From Gemmatimonadota bacterium (GTDB taxonomy: Bacteria > Gemmatimonadota > Gemmatimonadetes > Palauibacterales > Palauibacteraceae), in the NCBI GenBank assembly GCA_965116475.1, contig OZ220691.1, positions 2,528,001-2,592,000 on the forward strand: a DNA stretch of 64,000 bases, in the 5' to 3' direction. Shown one piece after another: positions 40,170 to 52,000 of this stretch. The notes below the pieces were generated by a model. The model did no database searches, had not been told where the DNA came from, and was given only the letters and a program-made list of their open reading frames with translations. How positions within the stretch are numbered: the stretch's first letter is position 1; every line of letters begins with the position of its first letter. The translations under genes and the position numbers were made by a program.

Positions 40170-41755
40170 CCGAACAGCCCCCGGATGAACTCGAGCACCG
40201 GCAGGGAATCGAGAATCACGAGTCCGGTGCCGATGCCGGCGCCGAGCAGGTATCCGAGCCGCACAATGAGGTCGAACTCGCGCTGGCTGATGTCGCGAAC
40301 AAGGCGTTCGATCCGTTCGATGGAGAAATTCTCGATTTTCGTCGAGATACGTTCGGCGATCCGGATTCGTTCCGCCACCTCGGGCACCCGGTTGACGACC
40401 CAGTCCCACGCGGGCGCGGCGAGCGTGTCCGCAAGCCGCACCGCGGCGTCCTCGCGCAGGAAGCGCCCGAGCCGCCCGATCGGCGTGTGCAGGAGCCGGT
40501 CCGCCATCGGCTCGGCGATCGAGTCGAAGAGGACGCGTCCCGCGTCGGACCGGAATCCCGCGGCAAGCGATGCCGCCACGCGGTCGGCGGGAACGGCGCG
40601 CAGCAGGTCCGCCCAGCTCCTCTCTCCGAAACGCTCGAGCAGTCCCTCGAGCCGGTCGAGCAGGAAGGCGCGCGAGCCCGGATCCCGCGCCGCCTTCACG
40701 AGCCACTCGGCGGTGGCGTCGAGCGCGCTCTCGACCTGGGGATCGCCCGCGCCGCCGATGACCTCCGAAGGAGGGTGCCGGAGGAACTCGACGACGCCGT
40801 CGTTGACGTGCCGCGCGATCGCCGTCTGGACCTCCGGTTCGCGCAGGACGCCGCCCAGCCGGTCGGCACCCTCCTCCCGCAGCGCATCGAGCGCGTGCGT
40901 CACCGTTTCCTCCGTGACGATGAGGCGGGCCACGACGCGCTGGTGGAAGCGGAGATCCTGCATGAAACGGTCGAACAGTTCCCCGAGCACATGCTCGATC
41001 CGCCGTCGCGCGTCCGGATCGTCGAGCAGTCGGCCCAGGCGCTCGATCGCCACAGGCAGGTAGTCCTTGATCGCGTGCTCCAGCGCGGCCACGAGCCCGG
41101 CGGGAATCAGCTGCTCGAACGTCCGGTGCGGCTGGAGCAGCTGCCGCGCGGCCTCGTCCAGGTGGCGGCGCACGGTCGCCTCGAAGGCCGCCGAATCGAC
41201 AAGCCGGGCGAGCCAGCCGTCCATCGTGTCGCGGATGGCCGCGATCCGCTCCGGCTCCAGGGTCCGCGCGAGGGACTCGTCGCTCAGCGACTCGCGGATC
41301 GACTCGAGGAGGCGCCCGGATTCATCTCCGAAGTCCGGGGAATCCAGCGTCGCGGCCAGGAACTCGCGGCCCTGCCCGAGGATCCGCGTGAGGAGTTCGC
41401 GGACCTCGACGAGCGCGGCGTCCGGGAGGAGGTCGGCCAGCGCCGGTTGCTCTTCTTCGCTGAGTTCGACCGCGAGCTCTCGCAGGCGCTCCCGAAACGC
41501 GGACTCGAGTTGCCGCAGTTCGGAGGTGATGTCCTCCGGCGTGAGGAGCGCCCCCCCCACGACGCCGCCGACCGAATCCGCCAGCCGCTTCTGATTCTTC
41601 GGCACCGCCCCCTGCAACCACCGCACGGGCCGGCCCAGGACCTTCGGCGGACGATAGGGATGGAAGATCATCCAGACGGCGATCCGGTTCGTGATTCCGC
41701 CCGCCAGGGCGCCGAAGGCCACCGTGACGAGGGCGCGCAGCCAGTCGAACTCCAT
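40166..41755 (-). CDS. DUF445-family membrane protein
   Basis: GGITNRIAVWMIFHP, QGAVPK, C-terminal EFDLIVRLGYLLGAGIG. Confidence 0.88.
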   Translation of the reverse strand: MEFDWLRALVTVAFGALAGGITNRIAVWMIFHPYRPPKVLGRPVRWLQGAVPKNQKRLADSVGGVVGGALLTPEDITSELRQLESAFRERLRELAVELSEEEQPALADLLPDAALVEVRELLTRILGQGREFLAATLDSPDFGDESGRLLESIRESLSDESLARTLEPERIAAIRDTMDGWLARLVDSAAFEATVRRHLDEAARQLLQPHRTFEQLIPAGLVAALEHAIKDYLPVAIERLGRLLDDPDARRRIEHVLGELFDRFMQDLRFHQRVVARLIVTEETVTHALDALREEGADRLGGVLREPEVQTAIARHVNDGVVEFLRHPPSEVIGGAGDPQVESALDATAEWLVKAARDPGSRAFLLDRLEGLLERFGERSWADLLRAVPADRVAASLAAGFRSDAGRVLFDSIAEPMADRLLHTPIGRLGRFLREDAAVRLADTLAAPAWDWVVNRVPEVAERIRIAERISTKIENFSIERIERLVRDISQREFDLIVRLGYLLGAGIGTGLVILDSLPVLEFIRGLFG

Positions 41756-42675
41756 CAGGGAGAAGGCAGCGTGGCGACGAACCCGTTGAAGTCGAGTGCC
41801 TCCGTTCCGACGTAGACGATGGCCTCCATGCGGATGAGCGTCCCGTCGCCGGCCTCCTCGGTCGCCAGCGGCCGAAAGCTCCCGCGGACCGTCGTACCGG
41901 AGATCTCGAACCGCCAGCCGGCGGCCGATCCGTCGGCCCGACCCGGATCCGTCGGTTCGAGCGTTACGTCGCCCCAGGCCGCCTCGACTCCGTGCAGCCA
42001 GGTATGGGCGACGGCCGGCTGGCCGACCGTGCCCGCGTGGACGATGAGGCCGTTCCCGAGCGAGTCGGCGAACACGAACGTCCGGGCGTCCGTCGTCGCG
42101 ACGGGTATGCCCAGCGCACGCGCGGCACGACGAAAAAAGAGGATGCCGGGCACCACCCTGTCGCTCGTCTGCAGCGCCGCGATCCCCAGCGACTCCCGCT
42201 GCCCCGTCGGTCCCGTCCAGACCGACACCTCCTCGCCCGCCACGAGGCGCACGGAATCCGCGCCGTCGCCTCCGGGATCGCTGAACCGAAGACTCACGAC
42301 CTGGCCGGCATCGCCCACGCGCACCGCCATCGCCGGCGTGGGCAGAAGGCGCCACGCCGCGCGGGCCACGGACACCGTGTCCTGCGTCCGAACGAGCGGC
42401 CGCCAGGCGTCTCCGTCCGCGAGGCGCACGTCGTAGTCGAGGCGAAGGTCTTCGCCCTCGGCCGTCTGGTCGAACGCGCCGATGAAGGCGGTCCCGTCGT
42501 CGGCTGCGAAGAGCAGGTGCGTCAGATAGCGCGCGTCGACCGCCGGCGTGAGCGGCTCGCCGACGATTTCCCGGCGAGCCTCCGCCGTCCCGTCAGCGGG
42601 AGGTCCTGTACAGGCGAAGAGGACCAGGAGGGCGCCCGCCGCGCCGGGAGGCCAGCGGCCGATCACGTCTCCCAC
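41755..42675 (-). CDS. Hypothetical lipoprotein
   Basis: LLVLFA-C lipobox; stop overlaps the DUF445 start; start uncertain. Confidence 0.7.
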   Translation of the reverse strand: MGDVIGRWPPGAAGALLVLFACTGPPADGTAEARREIVGEPLTPAVDARYLTHLLFAADDGTAFIGAFDQTAEGEDLRLDYDVRLADGDAWRPLVRTQDTVSVARAAWRLLPTPAMAVRVGDAGQVVSLRFSDPGGDGADSVRLVAGEEVSVWTGPTGQRESLGIAALQTSDRVVPGILFFRRAARALGIPVATTDARTFVFADSLGNGLIVHAGTVGQPAVAHTWLHGVEAAWGDVTLEPTDPGRADGSAAGWRFEISGTTVRGSFRPLATEEAGDGTLIRMEAIVYVGTEALDFNGFVATLPSP

Positions 42676-42676
42676 A

Positions 42677-43129
42677 TCACGCCTCTTCCGGGGCATCCCG
42701 CGCGTCGGCGGGCGCGGACTCGGGCAGCCGGGCTCGCGGCCCCAGCGCCCGGTCGAGCGACTTCAGCGTGCGCCGGATCCGCCGCCGGTTCATGCCGAGA
42801 TCGAAATCTCGCCGCCGAGCGCGCGAAAACACCTCGACCCGCGTGAGCCCGTTCGCATCCAGCGCGACCCAGATCGTCAGGTCATCCACCCATCGCAGGA
42901 GCGGCACCACGCATCTCACGGAGATGAGTCCAAGGTCTTCGTCGCGGTGGGCGAGCGTCCACCACCAGCGCCGTCCCACGTACTTCAGCAGCTGGTCCCA
43001 GACCTGTGAGAAGGCGATCTCGTAGACGCGCGGCTCGGGCCCGCCCGGCGCGCGGGTGTCCGCCGAATTTTCGTGGAACCAGCGGGAGCGCCCACGGGTG
43101 CGTGCGCCCCCGGGAGATGCCTCCGTCAC
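42677..43129 (-). CDS. DUF1499-domain protein
   Basis: WVDDLTI...RVEVFSRARRRDFDLGMNRRRI matches the DUF1499 C-terminal pattern; start uncertain. Confidence 0.75.
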   Translation of the reverse strand: MTEASPGGARTRGRSRWFHENSADTRAPGGPEPRVYEIAFSQVWDQLLKYVGRRWWWTLAHRDEDLGLISVRCVVPLLRWVDDLTIWVALDANGLTRVEVFSRARRRDFDLGMNRRRIRRTLKSLDRALGPRARLPESAPADARDAPEEA

Positions 43130-43264
43130 CCCGGAAGTCCTCTTTCCCCGGTTGCCCGCGTCCGCCGCGGACGGATAGCTTGGCGATCCGCGGGGCCCGG
43201 TTGGCCCGGGCTCCCGGCCCCCGCAGACAGCAGGACCACTCTCCCGAAACTCTGACGGCTCAAC

Positions 43265-44257
43265 ATGCAGGCCATAATACCGTTGGCGGGAATGGGTACA
43301 AGGGTCCGTCCCCACACCCATACCCGTCCCAAACCCTTACTCCGCGTGGCCAATCGGCCCGTGCTTTCCTACGTCGTCGAGCAACTCCGCGCCGAGGGCG
43401 TCGACGATTTCATCTGCATCACCGGGCACCTTGCGGGCCAGATCCGCGCCTTCATGGCGGAGGAGTTCCCCGGCCTCCCGGTCACGTACGTGGAGCAGGT
43501 CACTCAGCGGGGGACCGCGGACGCGATTGCGCTGGCCGAACCCCACGTGACGGGGCCCGTCCTCATCGTGTTCGTGGACACGCTCTTCGATGCCGATTTC
43601 AGCGTGCTGCACCGCTACGCGTCCGCGTCCGGCATCATCTGGGCCAAGGAGGTCGAGGACTACCAGCGGTTCGGCGTCATCGTCACCGACGAAGCGGGAA
43701 CCATGCGGCGGATCGTCGAGAAGCCGTCGGAACCGGTATCGAAGCTCGCGAACATCGGCCTCTACTACGTGAAGGATCACGAGCTGATGTTCGAGGGGGT
43801 TCGGCATGTGATGGACCGGGATTCCCACCTGGGGGAGTATTTCCTCACGGACGCGTTCCAGTACATGATCGACCGCGGCGCACGTCTCCATACGGCGGAA
43901 GTGGGCGGCTGGTTTGACTGCGGGAAGCCGGAGACGCTGCTCGAGACGAATGGGGTGATGCTCGAGCGCGGACACGGAGGGGATCCCGACCTCCCCGATT
44001 CCGTCACCGTCGACGGCGCGGTCGCGGTCGCGGCCGACGCCCTCGTCGAGACCTCCGCGGTCGGCCCCAACGTGAGCGTCGCATCCGGAAGCCGCATCCG
44101 GGGCTCGCGCCTCCGCCACACGATCGTCGGCGCGGACAGCGTCATCGAAGACTGCGATCTGATAGATTCCCTCGTCGGGGACCGCGTGACGCTTCGAGGC
44201 GTGCGCGGCAGAGTGAGCGTGGGAGACGACGGAGTCGTCGAAGGCGAGCGGATGTGA
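43265..44257 (+). CDS. Sugar-phosphate nucleotidyltransferase with a left-handed beta-helix tail
   Basis: AIIPLAGMGTRVRPHT..PKPL, QRGTADAI, VEKP, WFDCG. Confidence 0.9.
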   Translation: MQAIIPLAGMGTRVRPHTHTRPKPLLRVANRPVLSYVVEQLRAEGVDDFICITGHLAGQIRAFMAEEFPGLPVTYVEQVTQRGTADAIALAEPHVTGPVLIVFVDTLFDADFSVLHRYASASGIIWAKEVEDYQRFGVIVTDEAGTMRRIVEKPSEPVSKLANIGLYYVKDHELMFEGVRHVMDRDSHLGEYFLTDAFQYMIDRGARLHTAEVGGWFDCGKPETLLETNGVMLERGHGGDPDLPDSVTVDGAVAVAADALVETSAVGPNVSVASGSRIRGSRLRHTIVGADSVIEDCDLIDSLVGDRVTLRGVRGRVSVGDDGVVEGERM

Positions 44258-45495
44258 GCCAGGACGAACTGATATACGACTGGAACGCGCTTCCGGGGAG
44301 CCACGACTACGCGGCGACCCGCGTCGAACTGGACGACGAGACGCTGCGCGACGGCCTCCAGAATCCGTCCGTCAAGGACCCGCCCGTCGAGAAGAAGATC
44401 GAGCTCCTCCACCTCATGGTGGATCTCGGCATCCACGCCGTCGACATCGGCCTTCCCGGCGCCGGGCCCCGCGCCTACGAAGCGTGCCTCGCGCTGGCCC
44501 GCGAGATCGTCGATGGCGGCCTCGCGATCGACGCCAACGCGGCGGCCCGCACCGTCCGGGCCGACATCGAACCCGTGGCGCGCGTCCAGCAGGCGACGGG
44601 CCTCGAGATCGAGGTCGCCACTTTCATTGGAAGCTCGCCGATCCGCCAGTACGCCGAGAACTGGGATGTCGACCAGATCCTCGCTTCGTCGCGCGACGCC
44701 ATCGGGTTCGCCGTCGGCGAGGGGCTCGATGTCATGTACGTGACGGAGGACACGACGCGGTCGCGGCCCCGGACGCTCGCCCGGCTCTTCTCGGCCGCGG
44801 TCGAGGCGGGGGCCCGGCGGATCTGTCTCGCGGACACCGTCGGCCACTCGACGCCCCACGGGGTGCGGCGGCTCGTGCGGTTCGCGAAGGACATCGTGGC
44901 CGGCACCGGAGAGTCGGTGAAGATCGACTGGCACGGCCACCGTGACCGCGGCTTCGGGCTCGCGAATGCGCTGGCGGCGATCGAGGAGGGTGTCGACCGC
45001 GTGCATGCCACCGCGCTCGGGATCGGCGAGCGGATCGGCAACGTCGAGATGGACCTGCTGCTCGTGAACCTCCACCTGCTCGGGACGCACGATCACCCGA
45101 TCGACCGGCTGTCGGACTACTGCCGCCTCACGGCGGAGATGTGCGGCGTCGAGGTGCCCCACAACTATCCCGTCATCGGGGACGACGCCTTCCGGACGGG
45201 GACCGGCGTCCACGCGGCCGCGATCATCAAGGCCATGCAGAAGGGGGACGGCTGGCTGGAGGATCGCGTTTACAGCGGCGTCCCGGCTTCGATCGTGGGG
45301 CGGAAACAGACCATCGAGATCTCTCCGGTGTCCGGTCTCAGCAACGTCCGCTTCTGGCTGAGCCAGCACGGATATGATGCGGGGGACGAAACCCTGTGCG
45401 AGGCGGTGTTCCGGCTCGCCAAGAAGTGCGATCACACGCTCTCGCAGGAGGAGATCGAAGCCGAGATCGCGGGCGTCGAGGCGGCGCGGGCATGA
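44254..45495 (+). CDS. 2-isopropylmalate/homocitrate synthase-family protein (no C-terminal regulatory domain)
   Basis: DETLRDGLQ, ADTVG, HGHRDRG, GIGERIGN, GVHA. Confidence 0.88.
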   Translation: MSQDELIYDWNALPGSHDYAATRVELDDETLRDGLQNPSVKDPPVEKKIELLHLMVDLGIHAVDIGLPGAGPRAYEACLALAREIVDGGLAIDANAAARTVRADIEPVARVQQATGLEIEVATFIGSSPIRQYAENWDVDQILASSRDAIGFAVGEGLDVMYVTEDTTRSRPRTLARLFSAAVEAGARRICLADTVGHSTPHGVRRLVRFAKDIVAGTGESVKIDWHGHRDRGFGLANALAAIEEGVDRVHATALGIGERIGNVEMDLLLVNLHLLGTHDHPIDRLSDYCRLTAEMCGVEVPHNYPVIGDDAFRTGTGVHAAAIIKAMQKGDGWLEDRVYSGVPASIVGRKQTIEISPVSGLSNVRFWLSQHGYDAGDETLCEAVFRLAKKCDHTLSQEEIEAEIAGVEAARA

Positions 45496-46102
45496 GGCGC
45501 CGGACAGCATCTTCCTGCGGGCTCGCCCTTCTCTTCGCCGGGGCCCTGGCGGCGCAGCAGCCTGCGGCCGGCGATCCGCCGACGGTGCCCGCGGGCGTGC
45601 CGGTCGTCGTCCTCCCCGTGCAGTCGGCCGTCCCGGGCGCCGACGGAGCGTGGGTCGGGGGGACGGGGAGCGCGCAGCGGACGATCGACCTCCTCAACGC
45701 CGAGATCGTGTTCGCGTTCGGGGAGGAGGAAGGGGCCGCGGGTTGGGCCCTCGCGCCCGCCGTGGAGGCTCGCCTCGCGCGCAACCCGACGCTCGGCGTC
45801 GACCCCGGGCGGCTCGCCTACAAGGGCCTGCTCGCCGCGCCGGACGCCCGGGCGCAACTCTACGAACCGCTCCACACGCAACTCCGCCAGGTGGCCGCCC
45901 TGTTCGGAGCCCGCATCGTCGTCCTGCCGCTGGCGGTGTCGTATCGGGAGAGTCGGGCCGTCCTGCGGCTCGCCGTCATCGACGTGCGGCGCAGCGCCGT
46001 CCTCTGGCACGGCGCCGTCGCGGGGGCGGCCGCCGAGGCCGCGTCGCCGTTCGCCCTCACCACGCTCGCGCTGCGCGTGGCCGATGGACTCGCACCCTCG
46101 TG

Positions 46103-46103
<1 letters not shown>
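45492..46103 (+). CDS. Hypothetical secreted protein
   Basis: Signal peptide (ALA-AQ); overlaps both neighbours at start/stop codons. Confidence 0.7.
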
Positions 46104-47140
<1,037 letters not shown>

Positions 47141-47159
47141 CCGGAGCGGAACGACCGGC

Positions 47160-47495
47160 ATGGAGCGCGAACGGATGGACGAGCTTCATTTCAAGGGCGT
47201 GATGTGCGGCGCCTGCGGCCAGATGTTCCCCAAGGGGGAGCTGGACGGCGACGACTGGTGCGAAGCCTGCGGGCTGCGCATGCAGCGGCGCATGCGGCGC
47301 TGGCGCCACGTGGTCGCCGCGGGCATCACGCTGCCTTTCGCCGTGTGGGTCGTGATCTGGCTCCGCACCTCCCCCGAACTCGGTTTTCTGCCCGCGTACG
47401 CGTGGGGGCTGCCGCTCGCGGCCGCGTACTATCTCGGTTTCCGCATCGGCCGCGAGGTCGTAAAGGGCTACACCCGATGGCGGCTCGGCCGCTAG
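47160..47495 (+). CDS. Small membrane protein with an N-terminal Cys4 zinc finger
   Basis: CGAC...CEAC followed by two hydrophobic helices. Confidence 0.7.
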   Translation: MERERMDELHFKGVMCGACGQMFPKGELDGDDWCEACGLRMQRRMRRWRHVVAAGITLPFAVWVVIWLRTSPELGFLPAYAWGLPLAAAYYLGFRIGREVVKGYTRWRLGR

Positions 47496-47521
47496 CCTCC
47501 CGGCGCGGCGGCGTCCGGACC

Positions 47522-47743
47522 GTGCTGGGGCTGCCGGCCTCGGCGCTCGCCACCATGGTCGGGGTGGTTCTCGTCATCAACGCGCACGTCTACGGCTGGC
47601 CGGGCGTCGCCGCGGGCCTCCTCCTTGCCGCGGCCGGCGTCGCGCTCGGCGTCCATTGTTTCCGTTTTTCCCGCGCGGATTCGTCCGCCGTCCCTCACCC
47701 TGCAGCCACGGGCTGCCCGGAATCCGGAGAGATTCGCGAATGA
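47522..47743 (+). CDS. Possible small two-TM membrane protein
   Basis: Hydrophobic ORF filling the gap; its TGA overlaps the gcdH ATG (ATGA); no clear RBS. Confidence 0.4.
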   Translation: MLGLPASALATMVGVVLVINAHVYGWPGVAAGLLLAAAGVALGVHCFRFSRADSSAVPHPAATGCPESGEIRE

Positions 47744-48924
47744 CTTTCGAAGGTGTCGACTACTTCAATCTCGACGCGCTCCTCCACGAAGAGGAGATCG
47801 CCATTCGGGATCTGGTGCGCGAGTGGGTGGACCAGGAAGTCCTGCCCATCATCGGCCACCACTACATCGAACGCACGTTCCCGCGGGAACTCATCCCCCA
47901 GATGGGCGAACTCGGCTTCTTCGGGGCGAACCTCCCGGAGGAGTACGGTTGCGCGGGCCTCAACAACGTGGCCTACGGCCTCATCATGCAGGAACTCGAG
48001 CGGGCGGACTCGGGCCTCCGCTCCTTCGTCTCGGTACAGGGCGCCCTCGTCATGTACCCGATCTTCGCCTTCGGGTCGGAGGAACAGAAGCGCGAGTGGC
48101 TGCCGCGGCTGGCGAGCGGCGAGTCCATCGGCTGCTTCGGCCTCACCGAGCCCGACTTCGGCTCCAACCCCGGCGGCATGATCACGAGGGCCGTCGAGGA
48201 CGGGGACGAGTGGGTCCTCAACGGCGCCAAGATGTGGATCACGAACGGCTCGATGTCCGACGTGTCGGTGATCTGGGCCAAGACCGGCGACCTCGACGAC
48301 GCCGGCTCGATCCGCGGCTTCATCGTCGAGACGGGACGCGACGGCTTCTCTGCCAGCGACCAGAAGGGGAAGCTCTCCCTCCTCGCCTCCGACACCTCCG
48401 AACTCGTCCTGCAGGACGTGCGGGTGCCGCGCACGAACCTCCTCCCCGGCAGCGGGGGGCTCAAGAGTCCGCTCAAGTGCCTCACGCAGGCGCGCTACGG
48501 GATCTCCTGGGGAGCCGTCGGCGCCGCCATGGCCTGCTACCGCGAGTCGGTCGACTACGCGAAGAACCGCATCCAGTTCGACGGCACGCCGATCGCGCAG
48601 ACGCAGATCCAGCAGGTGCGGATCGCGGACATGCTCACGGAGATCACGAAGGCGCAGCTTCTCTGCCTCCGGCTCGGCCGAATGAAGGACGAGGGCACGA
48701 TGCGGCCGCAGCACGTCTCCCTCGCGAAGCGTAACAACGTGGACATGGCCTGCGAGTGCGCGCGCGAGTCGCGGCGCCTGCTCGGCGCGAACGGGATCCT
48801 CGCCGAATACGCCTCGATGCGGCACATGGCGAACCTGGAGTCGGTCTATACGTACGAGGGCACGCACGACATCCACTCCCTCATCCTCGGACACGACGCG
48901 ACCGGGCTCCCGGCCTACAACTGA
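47740..48924 (+). CDS. gcdH: Acyl-CoA dehydrogenase, glutaryl-CoA dehydrogenase type
   Basis: ERADSGLRS, FGLTEPDFGSNPGGM, KMWITN, ARYGISWG, LESVYTYEGTHDIH. Confidence 0.88.
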   Translation: MTFEGVDYFNLDALLHEEEIAIRDLVREWVDQEVLPIIGHHYIERTFPRELIPQMGELGFFGANLPEEYGCAGLNNVAYGLIMQELERADSGLRSFVSVQGALVMYPIFAFGSEEQKREWLPRLASGESIGCFGLTEPDFGSNPGGMITRAVEDGDEWVLNGAKMWITNGSMSDVSVIWAKTGDLDDAGSIRGFIVETGRDGFSASDQKGKLSLLASDTSELVLQDVRVPRTNLLPGSGGLKSPLKCLTQARYGISWGAVGAAMACYRESVDYAKNRIQFDGTPIAQTQIQQVRIADMLTEITKAQLLCLRLGRMKDEGTMRPQHVSLAKRNNVDMACECARESRRLLGANGILAEYASMRHMANLESVYTYEGTHDIHSLILGHDATGLPAYN

Positions 48925-49021
48925 CCGGCGGCCCGGGCGGGTCCCCCGGGGCTCTGGCCCGCGTCCGTCCGGGGCCGCACGTTTCCTCGCTCAAACGACC
49001 CGTTTCACGAGGCAGAGAGCC

Positions 49022-52000
49022 ATGTCCAACGTTCGCCGCTTCTCCATCAGTCTCGCCCTCGCGCTCGCGGCTGCCGCGCCGCTGGCGGCCCAGCAACTCA
49101 TGCCCGAGCAGTACGAGGGGCTGCGGGCGCGCCACATCGGACCCGTCGGCAACCGCGTCTCTTCGGTCGCCGGCGTCCCCGGAGACCGCAACACGTACTT
49201 CGCCGGCGCCGCCACCGGAGGGATCTGGAAGACGGACGACGCCGGCCTGCACTGGCGGCCCGTGTTCGACGACCAGCCCGTGCACTCCATCGGCGCCCTC
49301 GCCGTCGCCCCGAGCGACCACGCGGTCGTGTGGGCGGGGACCGGCGAGACCTCGATCCGCTCGAACGTCTCCATCGGGAACGGCGTCTGGAAGTCGACGG
49401 ACGGCGGCGAGAGCTGGACCCACATGGGGCTGGAGGGCACCGGCCGCGTGGGGAGGATCCTGATCCACCCCCGCGACGCCGACATCGTGTACGTGGCGGC
49501 GCTCGGCCACGCCTACGCGGAATCCGACGAGCGCGGGGTGTACCGGACCTCGGACGGCGGCGCCTCGTGGGAGAAGATCCTCTTCGTCGACCGCGGGACG
49601 GGTGCCTACGACATGGTCATGGATCCGGCCAACCCGCGGAAGATCTTCGCCACCATGTGGGACATCGATCTCAAGACGTGGAAGCGCGACAGCGGCGGGC
49701 CGGGGAGCGGGCTCCACCTCACGATGGACGGCGGCGACACGTGGACGGAACTCGAAGGGAACGGGCTTCCCACCGGCACGCTCGGCAAGATCGCCGTCTG
49801 CATGTCCCACTCGGACTCGGACCGCGTGTACGCCCTCATCGAGACGAGCGATGGCGTGCCGATGGAGGGCTACGAGACGGACACGGGCGAGCTGTGGAGC
49901 AGCGATGACGGCGGCCGCACGTGGCGCCTCGTGAACTACAGCCACGACCTCGCGACCCGGCAGGCCTACTACACGCGCTGCGGCGTCGCCTCCGACGACC
50001 GCGACGAACTCTACTTCCTCTCGTCCAGCTTCAGCGTGAGCCGCGACGGGGGCGCGACGTACGAGATGTTCAACTTCCTCGGCGGCGGCCCCCTCGGCGG
50101 AGACCCGGCGGCCCCGGGGTGGGACCTGCACGACATCTGGGTCGATCCGGAGAACTCGGACCGCGTCTTCATCGGCGGCGACAGCGGCGTCGCGATCACC
50201 GAGAACCGGATGAAGTCGTGGTCGCGCATGCAGCTGCCGATCGCGCAGATGTACCACGTCACGGTGGACAACGAGATCCCCTACAACGTGATGGGGAACC
50301 GGCAGGACGGGCCCTCCTACCACGGGCCGTCGAACACCCGCTACAGCGGTTTCTGGGCCCGCGGACTCATCCCGCGCGGCGACTGGACGACCGTGGGCGG
50401 CGGCGAGAGCGGCTTCGCGACGCCCGACCCCACCGACCCGAACATCGTGTGGTCGAGCGCCTCCGGGGCCGGCGCCGTGGGCGGCATCGTCGTGCGGCAC
50501 GACCGCGAGCGCGGCCAGTTCCGCGACGTCGAGGTGTGGCCCGAGTCGACCATGGGATACCCGGCGGAGGAGATCCGCTACCGCTTCCAGTGGACCTTCC
50601 CCCTTCTCATCTCCCCGCACGACCACGAGACGATCTACGTCACGAGCCAGCACGTGCACCGCACGCGCAACCGGGGCCAGAGCTGGGAGGTCATCAGCCC
50701 CGACCTGTCGACGAACAACCGTGAGCGGATGACGATCTCCGGCGGGCTCACGCCCGACAACATCGGCGTGGAGTTCTGCTGCGTGATCTACGCCTTCGAC
50801 GAGTCGCCCATCGAGCAGGGCGTCTTCTGGGCCGGCACGAACGACGGCCTCGTGCAGGTGAGCCGGGACGACGGCGCGACGTGGACGAACGTCACCGGGA
50901 ACATCCCCAACCTGCCTCCCGACGGCATCGTGCGGAGCATTGACGCCTCCCGCTACGACGTCGCGAAGGCCTACATCACGATCGAGCACCACCAGGTCGG
51001 CGACTTCGACGCGCGCGCCTACAAGACGGACGACTTCGGGGAGACGTGGACGCAGATCACGAACGGCGTCGACAACTACCCCGTGGACTACACCCGCTAC
51101 CTGCTCGAGGACCCGGTGCGGCCGGGCCTCCTCTACCTCGGCACCGAGACGAACGTCTACATCAGCTACGATGACGGGGAGAGCTGGCAGCTGTTCATGC
51201 CGAATCTCCCCCCGACGCCGTACTACGGGCTCATCATCCAGGAGCACTTCAACGACTTCGTGGCGGGCACCTACGGCCGCGGCTACTGGATCCTCGACGA
51301 CCTGAGCGCAGTGCAGCAGCTCACGCCCGAGATCGCGGCCTCCGACGCGCACCTGTTCGCGCCCCGCGACGCCTACCGCTTCAACGACATCTCCGAGCCG
51401 CAGATCATGTACGAGGACTGGTCCGTGGGTCAGAACCCGCCCAACGGGGCGTCGATCAACTACTGGCTCGGTGGCGGGGACGGACGCGAGGTGCAGGTGC
51501 GGGTCGAGAACTCGGACGGCGAGACGCTGGCGACGCTCGACGGCTCCAGCCACGACGGCTTCAACCGCGTGTGGTGGAACTTCCGCGGTCCCGACGCGAA
51601 GCCGATCGCGTACCGCACGAAGCCGCAGTTCGCCGACTGGATGCCGATGCCGGAAGTCTCCCGGCAGGTCGGGGGCGGCTTCTTCGGCTTCGGCGGCGGG
51701 CCGCGGCAGCCCCCGGGCACCTACACCGTGACGCTCGTCGTGGACGGCGAGGACGTGGGGTCCGAGGAACTGACGGTCCTCCGGGATCCGAGTTCCGAGG
51801 GCTCGATGGCGGATATCCTCGCCCAGAAGGCGCTGCTCGACGACATCGTGGAGGACCGGAACCGGCTCGCCGATGCCGTCAACCGGATCGAGCTCCTGCG
51901 GCGGCAGATCTACGACCTGCGGCCCGTGCTGGAAGAAGCCGGGGATGCCGGGGACGCGCTCGAGGCGGGCGAAGCGCTCGACGAGTCGCTCATCGAGGTG

